This document shows, piece by piece, positions 48,045-58,143 of a DNA stretch of 64,000 bases. Source of the stretch: Candidatus Anstonellales archaeon (GTDB lineage Archaea; Micrarchaeota; Micrarchaeia; Anstonellales; J096); assembly GCA_038890745.1 (NCBI GenBank), contig JAWAFD010000005.1, positions 22,436 through 86,435 on the forward strand, read 5' to 3'. The notes below the pieces were generated by a model. That model made no database searches. It saw nothing but the letters and a program-made list of their open reading frames with translations, and was not told where the DNA came from. Position 1 is the stretch's first letter, and each line of letters starts with the position of its first letter. The position numbers and the translations under genes were made by a program.

Positions 48045-49215
48045 ACATCTCGCCCAGCATGTATATGGAGCCAGATGCAATTATTAAATCTTCCTCCCCT
48101 GCAATGGATCTTGCATACCCTATGGCCTTTTTCGGCTCTTTTATCACTTTCCCTCCATAGTAATTGGCTATATTTTCTGCCCTTTCGCTCCTCTCTATTT
48201 TTGCCTCTGTTGCAATCAGAACATCCGGCTTAAGAATATCGAGCATTTTCTTCCAATCCTTATCCCTCATCGCACCAAAAACAAGAATAAACTTTTTTTT
48301 GTTAAAAAGTTGGATTGCGTTTTTAAGGGACTGGGCGCCGTTTGGGTTGTGCGCTGAATCAAAAACAACAAATGGGTTTTTCGAAATTATTTCAAGCCTA
48401 CCTTTTATTTTTGCTTTTTCTATTCCTTTTACTATACCATCCTCGCTTATTCCCAACTCCTCTCCGGCCCTCGCAGCGATGCTGGCATTCTCCATCTGGT
48501 GTTTTCCTATAAGGGTTGTTTTTAGAACAAATTGTTTTTTTCCTTTATACAAAAACTCATTCCCATTCATATTGCATTTTTTCTCCTCAAAAAAGAAATC
48601 CCTCCCAAGTGCGTAAGCCTTCTTCCCTATTTCCTTTGCTCTTTTATCAAAAACATCCCAAACATTGCAGACTATTGCGTTGCTGTTTTTCATTATCCCT
48701 GCCTTTTCGCCTGCAATCCTCTCCAAACTCTCACCTAGAAATTCCATGTGGTCAAAATCTATCCTTGTTATCACGCTCAGTTTTTCCTTTGCAACATTCG
48801 TCGCATCCAACCTTCCGCCCATCCCAACCTCCATAACCGCAAAATCAACTTTTTTATCTGAAAAATAGGTATACGCAAGCGCGGTTGATGCCTCAAACTC
48901 TGTAAGGTCTGTCTTGTTTGCAATCTCCAGAATGCGCGGTTCGTATTTCGCTATCTCCCCATCGCTTATCTCCTTTCCGTTTACTTTCACTCGCTCGCTC
49001 CATTTTACTAAATGGGGAGAGAAATAGCTTCCAACCTTGTACCCGGATTCTTTGAGAAAAGAGGAGATGTAAGAAACAACAGACCCCTTGCCGTTCGTTC
49101 CGGCGACCAGGATCACAGGATAGTTTTCCTGTGGGTTTCCCAAAATTTCCATCGCTCTTTTTATTCTGTCAAGGCCGGGCCTGCTTCCCTTTTGCAGAAG
49201 AGAATCAAAAACCAT
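48037..49215 (-). CDS. folC: Folylpolyglutamate/dihydrofolate synthase
   Basis: AGTNGKGS, SPHL, EVGMGGRLDATN, DSAHNP, SGSIY. Confidence 0.95.
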   Translation of the reverse strand: MVFDSLLQKGSRPGLDRIKRAMEILGNPQENYPVILVAGTNGKGSVVSYISSFLKESGYKVGSYFSPHLVKWSERVKVNGKEISDGEIAKYEPRILEIANKTDLTEFEASTALAYTYFSDKKVDFAVMEVGMGGRLDATNVAKEKLSVITRIDFDHMEFLGESLERIAGEKAGIMKNSNAIVCNVWDVFDKRAKEIGKKAYALGRDFFFEEKKCNMNGNEFLYKGKKQFVLKTTLIGKHQMENASIAARAGEELGISEDGIVKGIEKAKIKGRLEIISKNPFVVFDSAHNPNGAQSLKNAIQLFNKKKFILVFGAMRDKDWKKMLDILKPDVLIATEAKIERSERAENIANYYGGKVIKEPKKAIGYARSIAGEEDLIIASGSIYMLGEMYG

Positions 49216-49219
49216 AAGC

Positions 49220-49537
49220 CTACCTCTGCTTATATGCCAGCTCCTTTTCTTTTCTCATTGCTTCGATCAAACTCTTTATCTTTCCATTATTCGTCTCAAT
49301 AGCGTATCCTTTCTTCCCGCCTTTTATCATCGTATACAAATTGCTATTTTCAAGGTCTTCAACAAATTTTTCAAACCCTTCTTCAAAATATTTATTTAGT
49401 TTCCATTTGGGGATAAGAAAAATATATTCCTGTCCCTCCAGCTTTATATTCACAACAGTATAGTCCTTTGCAAGCATATTCCTCAACCTGTTGTATTCAG
49501 AATCGGTTAGGTTTGTGTTGAAATGCTCCTCACTCAT
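49220..49537 (-). CDS. Hypothetical protein within folate cluster
   Basis: Start overlaps the folD stop; no recognisable motif. Confidence 0.6.
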   Translation of the reverse strand: MSEEHFNTNLTDSEYNRLRNMLAKDYTVVNIKLEGQEYIFLIPKWKLNKYFEEGFEKFVEDLENSNLYTMIKGGKKGYAIETNNGKIKSLIEAMRKEKELAYKQR

Positions 49538-50361
49538 TTTTTCCTCCTCCTTTTCGCAGCAATAAGCGTGTTTTTTAGGAGATAGGCAACCGTAAGCGGC
49601 CCAACACCTCCGGGGACTGGTGAGCAGTGTGCTTTTTTTATTACATTTTCAAAATCAACATCCCCTACAAGCTTCCCTCCAACATCTGTTGTTCCAACAT
49701 CTATTATATACGCTCCTCCCTTTACCATCTCGGATTTTACGAGGCCCGGGCTTCCAGCAGCGGCAATCAGAATATCTGCTTTTTTTGTGTGCTCTGCTAA
49801 ATTTTTTGTTTTTGAATGACAGAGTGTAACGGTTGCATTTTTCTGCAAAAGCAAAACAGAAACCGGCTTCCCTACAATAACGCTTCTTCCGATAACAACC
49901 GCATTCGCGCCTTCAATTTTTGCTCCATAGTATCCAAGGAGATGGAGTATTCCTTGGGGGGTTGCGGGAATAAAGTAGGGGTCACCGGAGGAAAAAAGCG
50001 AGCCTAGGTTGTATGGTGAAAACCCGTCCACATCTTTTTTTGGGTCAACGCTCGAAAGAATCTCAAATTGGTCTATGTGATTGGGGAGCGGGAGCTGGAC
50101 GATAAACCCATCTATTTTTCTGCTTTTGTTAAGTTTTTGGATGAGTGAAAGAAGTTTTTGTTTTTTTGTTTTTTCCGGCAAACGGAAAACCTCTGTTTTT
50201 ATTCCGACCTCTTTTGCGCGCTCCATCTTTGTTTTAACATACTTCTGCGATGCGGGATTGTTGCCAACGAGAACTATTCCGAGCGTTGGTTTTGTTTTTT
50301 CTGCCTCGACCTTAACCTGTTTGAGAATTTCATCAGCAACAGGCTTTCCGTTCAGAATCAT
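49534..50361 (-). CDS. folD: Methylenetetrahydrofolate dehydrogenase/cyclohydrolase
   Basis: IVQLPLP, KDVDG, PATP, GRSVIVGKP, PVPGGVGPLT. Confidence 0.96.
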   Translation of the reverse strand: MILNGKPVADEILKQVKVEAEKTKPTLGIVLVGNNPASQKYVKTKMERAKEVGIKTEVFRLPEKTKKQKLLSLIQKLNKSRKIDGFIVQLPLPNHIDQFEILSSVDPKKDVDGFSPYNLGSLFSSGDPYFIPATPQGILHLLGYYGAKIEGANAVVIGRSVIVGKPVSVLLLQKNATVTLCHSKTKNLAEHTKKADILIAAAGSPGLVKSEMVKGGAYIIDVGTTDVGGKLVGDVDFENVIKKAHCSPVPGGVGPLTVAYLLKNTLIAAKRRRKK

Positions 50362-50411
50362 AAATTCTATTGCGAGGAATACTTTTAAATATTCTTTCCC
50401 AATAGAAAACT

Positions 50412-50792
50412 ATGGAAGAAAGAAGGCTGCGCGGTTTGGGCCCAACAACTGAAGAAGATATTGAAAAAATGGCTCTTGAGATGAGCTGGGAGCAGATAGC
50501 TGAATTTTTGAAAAGTTTGAGCATAGAGATTGAAAAAACAGGAGAAAAAGAGAAAAAATTGCAGGCTAAACTAAAAATGGCAAAACAGCTTCTCCAGGAG
50601 TATGGGGGGCATCCTGAAAAAATCACTCCTGAGCTTTACACACGGCTTGTTGAATTCACAAAAGAGGTTGAGGAAAGGCTTGCGGAGTCAGAAGAGCAGA
50701 GGAAAGAGCTTCTCATTACTTTTAAGATTGTGATCGCAAAGCTTAGGAAGGAAAAGCTTGCTTTCAAAACACGCGAGCCGGAGGAGGATTAG
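50412..50792 (+). CDS. Hypothetical coiled-coil protein
   Basis: E/K/L-rich helical ORF at the head of a + strand run. Confidence 0.65.
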   Translation: MEERRLRGLGPTTEEDIEKMALEMSWEQIAEFLKSLSIEIEKTGEKEKKLQAKLKMAKQLLQEYGGHPEKITPELYTRLVEFTKEVEERLAESEEQRKELLITFKIVIAKLRKEKLAFKTREPEED

Positions 50793-51392
50793 GTGCTTGT
50801 CTGCGAGAGCCCGCACATAGAGCTTGTCGGTCCATTCTTGTTTATAGATGGGAGGCTTGCAAAAGGAAACGCCCATGGTGCGAAATCCATGGAAAAGGTT
50901 TTGATGGAGAAACCAAAAACAGATAAGTTGGTTTATACTGAATATGAATTGGGAAAAAGCAAGGATGGAAAAGTGATAAGCATAATAACGATACTTGGAA
51001 GGGTTGTGGGAAAAGAGTTTGGAAGAACGCGTGGTTGGAAAGCAGATGAGGTCTTTCAGGTGCTCAGCGGCCAAGGACTTTTCATGCTGCATGAAGAAAA
51101 AAAGGATGAGAGCATCGCTGTTGAGAGGGTTGCTGCGAAAAAGAACGGAATGGTTGAGAGCGGCGGGAGAGGGGTTGTGATATACAATACAGAAAACGAG
51201 CCGCTCGTTGTTGCATGCGCTAGTAGAGGGAGGAGGGAGTATGAGTTTTTTGAAAAAATTAAAGGGCCGGCTTTTTTTCTCACAAAAGACGGATTTGTGC
51301 AGAACCCAAACTGCCTTATAAAATCAAATGTTCAAAGAAATGCGCATCAAGGGGATGCTGTCTCAAAAATGGTTAGAGAGGTGTTTGGATGA
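50793..51392 (+). CDS. Degenerate cupin-type glucose-6-phosphate isomerase-like protein
   Basis: Collinear with the downstream PGI (GKEFGRTRG..EVFQVLSGQG..YNTENEPLV..IKGPAFF) but lacks the His ligands. Confidence 0.65.
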   Translation: MLVCESPHIELVGPFLFIDGRLAKGNAHGAKSMEKVLMEKPKTDKLVYTEYELGKSKDGKVISIITILGRVVGKEFGRTRGWKADEVFQVLSGQGLFMLHEEKKDESIAVERVAAKKNGMVESGGRGVVIYNTENEPLVVACASRGRREYEFFEKIKGPAFFLTKDGFVQNPNCLIKSNVQRNAHQGDAVSKMVREVFG

Positions 51393-52096
51393 TAGTTTAT
51401 GAACGTCCTTTGAGGATAGAATGGGATAATGATACAATAATGGTTGATGGAAAGTTCATGAAGTATGAAGCAAGGAAAATATCTGAGATGAATGATGTTC
51501 TTTATTCTTTTGAGGCATTCAGCGAGGACTATCCGGTATACTTTATGTATAGAGGAATAGTGGTGAAGAGCGGAATAAGGTATGACCTTACCCTCATTCC
51601 AAACAAGGTTTTCGGAGAGGAGTTCATAAAAACATACGGCCATTACCATCCTATCGCAGAAAACAATCTTACATACCCAGAGGTTTACCAGGTTCTTTAT
51701 GGAGAGGCCATCTTTCTTCTCCAAGGAAAAAACAGGGATGGAAGCGTGAATGTAATAAAGGTAAGGGCAAAGAAAGGGGATGTTGTTCTCATCCCGCCAA
51801 ACTTCGGGCATGTTACGATAAACGCATACTACACCCCTCTTCTGCTCGCAAACCTTTTGGCAGATGGGTTTAGGGCTGAGTATGAGGAGTATAGGGAAAA
51901 CCATGGGGCTGCGCTCTACTACACGACAGGTGGATGGATTCCCAACGGAAACTATGTTGTAAGAGGGATAAAGGAATACAAACCAGAAGAGATAAACGAG
52001 CAGTTTAATTTTAGATCAGCAGACTTGCTAAATGAATTTTTTGCAACACCGGAAAAATTCGAGTTTTTGAAAAGGCCGAGTTTACTGATTAGATAA
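51389..52096 (+). CDS. pgiA: Cupin-type (archaeal) glucose-6-phosphate isomerase
   Basis: KTYGHYHP, YPEVYQVLYGEA, IPPNFGHVTIN, HGAALY. Confidence 0.9.
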   Translation: MIVYERPLRIEWDNDTIMVDGKFMKYEARKISEMNDVLYSFEAFSEDYPVYFMYRGIVVKSGIRYDLTLIPNKVFGEEFIKTYGHYHPIAENNLTYPEVYQVLYGEAIFLLQGKNRDGSVNVIKVRAKKGDVVLIPPNFGHVTINAYYTPLLLANLLADGFRAEYEEYRENHGAALYYTTGGWIPNGNYVVRGIKEYKPEEINEQFNFRSADLLNEFFATPEKFEFLKRPSLLIR

Positions 52097-52128
52097 AAAT
52101 AAAAAAGTTTCCGAGCTGAGATGGGCGT

Positions 52129-52956
52129 ATGTACGTACAAGAAACCTTTAACAGAGCATTTAAACTCACCAGAAAGTATTGGATGAATATTATACTCTTT
52201 ACCGTACCTATGCTTGCGTTCTATGCAGTTGCTACAACTCTTGCAGGAATTATGTATACGGGTTCTTTTTTCCTACCTATAATAGTATCACTAACAAAAG
52301 AGAACTGGCTCGCGCTCGTTGTTTTGGGTATTGTTTTTGGTATGTTTTTATTACTGGCTCTTATCCTTGCTTCAGTTTTCGCCAGCTTGATGTACAATCG
52401 TGTTGCATATCTCACCAGCAGAGAGACTGCGATTCCTGTTAGTATAAAATCTTTGTCTTCTCTTTTTGAATATGCAAAAGAAAATTTTATTCAGCTCTTA
52501 AAACTCACTTTGCTTAACATTTTGGTTGCTTTTTGCATTGTGGCGTTTTTCGCACTTATTATTGTACTAGCATCCTACCTTCCACTTCAGGATGTGATAA
52601 AAATAGGAATCATTATTTTGTTTGGGATTTTTGCCGCTTTGATATTTTTAATTATGGGTGTGGTTTTTGGTACTGCGTTCGTATTGTTCTTCATGGGGAA
52701 TGAAAAAACCGGGATATTAAAATTAGTACGTATGGGCTGGCGAGTATTCAAGGATAATGTTGTAGAGTATATCTTATTCGGGCTTGCATATCTAGCAACC
52801 TATGTTGTCTACCTTGCGGTTACATTCGGGCTTGGTATGCTTTGCTTGGGTCCGCTGTCGTATATATTTGCGTTCATCTACTCATTTTATATACTAGTTG
52901 CTTTTTTTGTGTTCATAGAAAAAATTTCAGAAAAAAGTAGAAAGCAAAAGCGCTAA
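52129..52956 (+). CDS. Hypothetical multi-pass membrane protein
   Basis: About 6 hydrophobic segments. Confidence 0.7.
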   Translation: MYVQETFNRAFKLTRKYWMNIILFTVPMLAFYAVATTLAGIMYTGSFFLPIIVSLTKENWLALVVLGIVFGMFLLLALILASVFASLMYNRVAYLTSRETAIPVSIKSLSSLFEYAKENFIQLLKLTLLNILVAFCIVAFFALIIVLASYLPLQDVIKIGIIILFGIFAALIFLIMGVVFGTAFVLFFMGNEKTGILKLVRMGWRVFKDNVVEYILFGLAYLATYVVYLAVTFGLGMLCLGPLSYIFAFIYSFYILVAFFVFIEKISEKSRKQKR

Positions 52957-55628
52957 ATATCCAGCTTTTCCGCTCTATTAACCTTTCCAAATGCTATCTG
53001 CCCCTTCCCGCCTCCTTTGCCCCCTAATTTGTTTATAACCATTGCGGCTATTTCATTTGCGTTTTGTTTTGCATTCTTTCCGGTCGCAACTACAAAGTTC
53101 CCCTCTTTATTCATTATCACAACCATTGCCTTCTCATGCTGGATGAAGAGGTTGGCCATTTTCTGCATCATGCTCACATCGTAATCGCCAAGAACGAAAA
53201 CAACTTTTTGCTTTGCTATGCTTTCATGCACAAATTCCTGCACCTCAAGCTGAGCTATCCTTTCTTTTAATTTCTCTATCTCTTTTCTCTGCGCCTTCCA
53301 TTCCTCGAAAAACCTCTCAACAGCAGAAGGAAGTTTTTCTGGCTGGACAGAGATTTTTTCAGCAGCTTCCAAAAGTATTTTTTCTTTTTGTTGAATGTAA
53401 TCAACGGCCGCACTCCCGGCCTTTAAGGTTATCCTCTCTACCCCATCCTTAACCCCTTCCCTTCCAACAATTTTTACCATACCTATCTCACCGGTTGTTT
53501 TTAGCATGTGGTGGGTTCCACCGCACGCCTCTACATCAACCTCTCCTATCTTCACTATACGCAAATCCTTTCCAGGAACAGCCCCTCCCTGATAGATACG
53601 CATTCCGTATTTTTTCTCTGCAACATTCCTTGGGAGAATCTCAGCAGTAATAGGAATGTTCTGCATCACGTATCCATTAACTATCCTTTCTATCTCCTCC
53701 AACTGTTCTTTTGTAATTGTTTTGTAGTGCGTAACATCAAGATGGGCAATGCTTTCATCTTTATAGGAACCTGCCTGCCAAACATGGTTCCCCAGAACCT
53801 TTCTGCATGCCGCATTCAGCAGATGGACTGCTGTATGATTTCTCGTTATTTGTTTTCTTCTTTCCACATCAACCCTGCATCTCACCCGCGCTCCTTTTTT
53901 CAAACCGCTCGCGTTTTCAACAACATGAAAAACTACACCGTTGGCTTTTTTTGTATCCATAACTTTTTTATCACCAATAAAGCCGGTATCACCGATCTGC
54001 CCACCCCCCTCTGGATAGAATGCAGTTCTGTTAAGAACAATACCCATTCTACCTTCGCACTCAACAAAACCCAAAACCTTTGCATCAAACTCCTCAACAG
54101 GTGGTTCTTTGTAATAGAGTATTTCTGTTTTCGGGAATTTTGAAACATCCACTTTCATTTTCTTTTCCTCTTCTTTCTCTTGATGTTTCTCCAAAAGCTC
54201 GTAGAAATTCCCTGGGACCTCTACCTTTACTCCTCTTTTTCCTCCCTCTTCAGCAATCAATTCAGGAGGAATTCCATCGCTTTCGTATAGTGTTATGAGT
54301 TCTTTTTGCGAGATTGTTTTTTTCGTGGAGAGCAAAACCTCAACCTTTCGCGCTGCGTTTTGTTTTGCGTTTTTGTATTTGTTTTTTTCCTCTTTTAGAA
54401 CATCTGCGGTAAGCTCAACCCCTTCCACAAGATCCGGGAAAAGCATGCGCAAAAATTCAGCATGCTCCTCTAAAATCTTGTGATAATCCCATGAAAATCT
54501 GTACTCCTCCTCAAACGCAAAGACCCTTCTTGCAAGCATCCTTAGATTGTATCCCCCTCCGCTGTTTGAGGGAAGCATGCCGTCTTTGAGGGTAAAGAGG
54601 AGGGTGAGGAGATGGTCTGCTGTTGCGTAAACTGCTTGAAGGGCGCCGAGGGTGGAAAAAAGCTCTTTTTTATCCATTCCAAGTTCTTTTGCAATCCTAT
54701 CCTTTTCAGCCTCCACATCCTTAGCCTCTTCTATATCAAGCCCGCCACAAAGTTTTGCATACTTTAGCAACAGATTTTCGTCTATTTTTATTCCCGCGGT
54801 TTCTTTCATTTTTTTCGCGGGGCCAAGAACAAGCTCGTAGCTTGTCGGTGAGCCGTGGCTTATCCATGGGAACCTCGCAAGCCCTGCACCCATATCTATC
54901 ACTTTTGTTTTTAGCTCCCTTGACCTTCCATCCGGAAGTTCTTCATATTGCATGAATACACAGTTTCCAAGCTCTAAACCTTTCACAAAATATTCCATGC
55001 TTGGGCCAAAATTACCCCCTCCGATCCAAACATCCTCTTGAAAAACTATCTCATCCTCTTTTATCCCGAGTGCTTTCATAAACCCTAAGTCATGCCCTAT
55101 CGCTTCCTCCTTCCAGTAGAAAAGGCCTGTTTTCTTTGTATTGAACGCATGCTGGCCTATCATAACAAAGTTGGAATAATGCCTCCCCGTAACCCCAACA
55201 TTAGCGATATCATTAAAGCGGATGCACGGCTGAGGAACAATCAGTGGATTTGCTATGGGCTCAAGTTCGCCGCTTACAACATAAGGCTGGAAAAGGTTTA
55301 TGCCTGCGATCGTGAAGTATAAATCATCCCTCCATCTCGCAACTGTTGGGTAGGGTTTTATGCTCTCGTGCCCGTGCTTCACAAAATATCTCTCTATAAC
55401 CTTCCATGTCTCAACATACCCCATTTTCTTTCCAGAAGGATTGCCTATGAACTGATACCCCGAGCAGGCAGAATCCCCGCATACCTCTCTTTTCTCTTTT
55501 GCCCAAAAATTTCTACCGCATTTTTTACATCTCTGTCTCGTAAATCCTTTCTCCACTAAAATTTTGAGTTTGTAATGTTTTTCCCATTGTTTTGAGAACT
55601 GGTTTCTCAACTCTTCTTTTGAAAGCAT
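52953..55628 (-). CDS. alaS: Alanyl-tRNA synthetase (archaeal type)
   Basis: N-terminal Zn ribbon, VARWRDDLYF, QPCIR, IDMGAG, NHTAVH, EACGGTH, GGKGGG. Confidence 0.97.
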   Translation of the reverse strand: MLSKEELRNQFSKQWEKHYKLKILVEKGFTRQRCKKCGRNFWAKEKREVCGDSACSGYQFIGNPSGKKMGYVETWKVIERYFVKHGHESIKPYPTVARWRDDLYFTIAGINLFQPYVVSGELEPIANPLIVPQPCIRFNDIANVGVTGRHYSNFVMIGQHAFNTKKTGLFYWKEEAIGHDLGFMKALGIKEDEIVFQEDVWIGGGNFGPSMEYFVKGLELGNCVFMQYEELPDGRSRELKTKVIDMGAGLARFPWISHGSPTSYELVLGPAKKMKETAGIKIDENLLLKYAKLCGGLDIEEAKDVEAEKDRIAKELGMDKKELFSTLGALQAVYATADHLLTLLFTLKDGMLPSNSGGGYNLRMLARRVFAFEEEYRFSWDYHKILEEHAEFLRMLFPDLVEGVELTADVLKEEKNKYKNAKQNAARKVEVLLSTKKTISQKELITLYESDGIPPELIAEEGGKRGVKVEVPGNFYELLEKHQEKEEEKKMKVDVSKFPKTEILYYKEPPVEEFDAKVLGFVECEGRMGIVLNRTAFYPEGGGQIGDTGFIGDKKVMDTKKANGVVFHVVENASGLKKGARVRCRVDVERRKQITRNHTAVHLLNAACRKVLGNHVWQAGSYKDESIAHLDVTHYKTITKEQLEEIERIVNGYVMQNIPITAEILPRNVAEKKYGMRIYQGGAVPGKDLRIVKIGEVDVEACGGTHHMLKTTGEIGMVKIVGREGVKDGVERITLKAGSAAVDYIQQKEKILLEAAEKISVQPEKLPSAVERFFEEWKAQRKEIEKLKERIAQLEVQEFVHESIAKQKVVFVLGDYDVSMMQKMANLFIQHEKAMVVIMNKEGNFVVATGKNAKQNANEIAAMVINKLGGKGGGKGQIAFGKVNRAEKLDI

Positions 55629-55699
55629 AAAGAGAATTCACTAAAAACCTATTTAAATCTTCGCGACATGTTACGCCAAAAAAAGAAAGAGAAGGGAGG

Positions 55700-56371
55700 T
55701 TAGTCTAGCTCCAGCCAGAAGTAATATGTTTCGTACTGCCCTGCAACTTCGTTTGTTGCGGCAAGCAATTCATAATCTCCAGTTAGGCCATTAAATAGGT
55801 TACCACCTTGAGTAATGTTTACGCAAAATGCGATATCTGTTTTTGCAGCAGGAACTGCTTGGTCCGCAACCGCGCATGTTTCAAACCCTCCAACACCTGT
55901 GTAGTTTCCTGCGCTTCCTGAAACAGATGTTCCGGCAATATCAACGCTGCAGCTAGTTGAGAGGGTATTTGCTGCGCTATCTGTATCAGTTCCTACAAAC
56001 CCCCAAACAGCATCTATCGCAGCTGCAGTAACTGCCTGGATTGCGCTCCAGTCAAACCCGCTTGGGGCTGCAACTGCGCACACCTCACCACCATTCGCGC
56101 TGTTCCATGCCCATGTAAAGAACATGGGTTGATTTATTCCTGGTGCCAAAACAATTCTTCCGGTTACATTTCCCCAAAATCCTGCCCATTTTTCAGTTGA
56201 GATGTTTCCGGTTAGGTTTATCTCTGTTACGTTTCCTCCCTCAGTTGTGTAGTTTGCGTTCGCCACCTGTGTATATTTTCCTGTCTGGCCTACCGTCCAT
56301 CCTTCTGCTGGCTGGATTGCTAGCAAAACCCCAGCAAGAACCAGCAAAACCAAAAACGCCTTTCCTTTCAT
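55700..56371 (-). CDS. Small exported protein, single unknown beta-rich domain (candidate fibre subunit)
   Basis: Signal peptide; EGGNVTEINL..TEKWAGFWGNVTG; ends YYFWLELD; seven N-x-S/T sequons. Confidence 0.75.
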   Translation of the reverse strand: MKGKAFLVLLVLAGVLLAIQPAEGWTVGQTGKYTQVANANYTTEGGNVTEINLTGNISTEKWAGFWGNVTGRIVLAPGINQPMFFTWAWNSANGGEVCAVAAPSGFDWSAIQAVTAAAIDAVWGFVGTDTDSAANTLSTSCSVDIAGTSVSGSAGNYTGVGGFETCAVADQAVPAAKTDIAFCVNITQGGNLFNGLTGDYELLAATNEVAGQYETYYFWLELD

Positions 56372-56446
56372 ACCATCGCCTTTGCAAACTGTCGCCTTTC
56401 TTTATTCTTCATCACTATTTTTAAATGTTTCTCCTGAGTTTTTTAC

Positions 56447-58120
56447 ATGCATACCAGAATTTTTTTGTTTTTTATGCTAATTTCATGTATGGTAAATTCT
56501 GTGGTTGTAATAAATAGTTTTGATGGAAGGGATGTTGTTTCTGGTGTTTATTACGCGCATGTGGTAGGCGATACTGTTAGGTTCGTTCCTCAAACAGGAG
56601 ATGTGACGACAACTGTTAAAAAAATTGGAAGCGGGAATTCAGTATTTCTCATAGAATCAAAGAATAACCCTGTTTATTCCGGGTTGGATGTCCTTCTTAT
56701 AAACAATGGGAACGGGGTGGAGGCATACAAAAGCGAAGACCCGTACAAAACGAATGTTGAGCTTGCGAAAAAATCCGGTGCAAAAAACTTTATTCTGATA
56801 AGTCCCTCCTATGGGTATTCTGCTGTTTCTGTTCTTCCTTACGCAAAGCTTAAGAAAGCATACCTGCTTTTTGCAACAAAAGATAATTTCAATTCCTTGA
56901 GGGATGTCCTGGAAGATGCAGAAAGCATAATGGTTTATGGGTATGTTGATGAGGAGGTTGAGAAAGAGCTTGAGGGAATGGGAAAAAGATATGAAAAAAT
57001 AAATACCGGCGATAAATATACTGATAACATCGAGATAGTGAAAAAGTATTTTTCGCTCAATCCGTCAAAAAAACAGGCGATACTTACAGATGGGAACTTT
57101 TTGGAAGATACGATAATTGCTGGCGATGATCCGATAATTTTTATCTCCATGATTGTCCCTGACAATACCTATAAATTTATAAAGAATGAAGTAGAGGGAG
57201 GCCAGCTTTCTGTTGGGCTTGTTATAGGTGAGGAGTACGCACAGCCTGCGTACAACTTGAAAAAGAGAATAAATAATGAATTGGGAGAGAATAAACTCTC
57301 TGTTCTTGTGAAAATGGGGCAAAGCGTACCCGCGCTCGGGGAGCAGCTTCTTCCTTTGGATATTTTTGTTCTACCTGGTCCGATAGTCTCACTTTCAATA
57401 AAAGAGGCCAACTACAATGATAATACAAAGGCCATAGAACTTGTTTACAGGAATGATGGAAATGCGCTCGGGTATTTTAAGAGTAGTTCATTTGTGTATG
57501 TTGGCGGAAAGTATCTTGCAACAGTGGGGGATAGCGAGCCTGTTGGAATAAAACCCGGTGAAGAGAGAGGGGTAAGGTATAGTTTGGAAATTCCTCCTGA
57601 AATGGAGGGCGATATTGTCCTCAATTCAACAGTGATATATGGCGCTTCCTCAAAAACATTTGACAATGGGTTTAGTGTTGTTCTAAATGCTGGGAGGATA
57701 AGGTATGAGGACCTCAGCTCACTCATGGTAGAGGAAGCGGTTTATGATCCAACGGAGGACGAGCTAACAGCAAAGGTAAGGAACAATGGAAACACAAATG
57801 CATATTTTGTTTTTTCTGCGGAGTATTCGGAGAATGGAGCGAAAACAACAATTGAGGATGATAATGTTTATGGACTCAAGGTTGGGGAGGGAAAGGTTTT
57901 GAAGATAAGTAACCTTCTCATAAAGGATCCTAAGAAATCGGGGATGAAAGTTAGGATTAGGTATGGGGAAAGAGCCGCATTCCTGGATAAAACTGCTGAA
58001 AAAGAGGTGGAGATTCGTGGCGGGATTCCTATCTGGCTAATCCTACTCGCACTGATCATTCTTGGGATAATTGCTTATTTTGTTTTGAGAAGAAAGAAAT
58101 GGCAAAGGCAAACTTTATAA
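56447..58120 (+). CDS. Membrane-anchored surface protein with cell-wall-binding-2-like repeats and Ig-like domains
   Basis: Signal peptide; DPYKTNVELAK and GDKYTDNIEIVK repeats; RNDGN/RNNGN Ig-like motifs; C-terminal TM then RRKK. Confidence 0.7.
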   Translation: MHTRIFLFFMLISCMVNSVVVINSFDGRDVVSGVYYAHVVGDTVRFVPQTGDVTTTVKKIGSGNSVFLIESKNNPVYSGLDVLLINNGNGVEAYKSEDPYKTNVELAKKSGAKNFILISPSYGYSAVSVLPYAKLKKAYLLFATKDNFNSLRDVLEDAESIMVYGYVDEEVEKELEGMGKRYEKINTGDKYTDNIEIVKKYFSLNPSKKQAILTDGNFLEDTIIAGDDPIIFISMIVPDNTYKFIKNEVEGGQLSVGLVIGEEYAQPAYNLKKRINNELGENKLSVLVKMGQSVPALGEQLLPLDIFVLPGPIVSLSIKEANYNDNTKAIELVYRNDGNALGYFKSSSFVYVGGKYLATVGDSEPVGIKPGEERGVRYSLEIPPEMEGDIVLNSTVIYGASSKTFDNGFSVVLNAGRIRYEDLSSLMVEEAVYDPTEDELTAKVRNNGNTNAYFVFSAEYSENGAKTTIEDDNVYGLKVGEGKVLKISNLLIKDPKKSGMKVRIRYGERAAFLDKTAEKEVEIRGGIPIWLILLALIILGIIAYFVLRRKKWQRQTL

Positions 58121-58143
58121 ACTATGTAAATTAAGATATAGCG

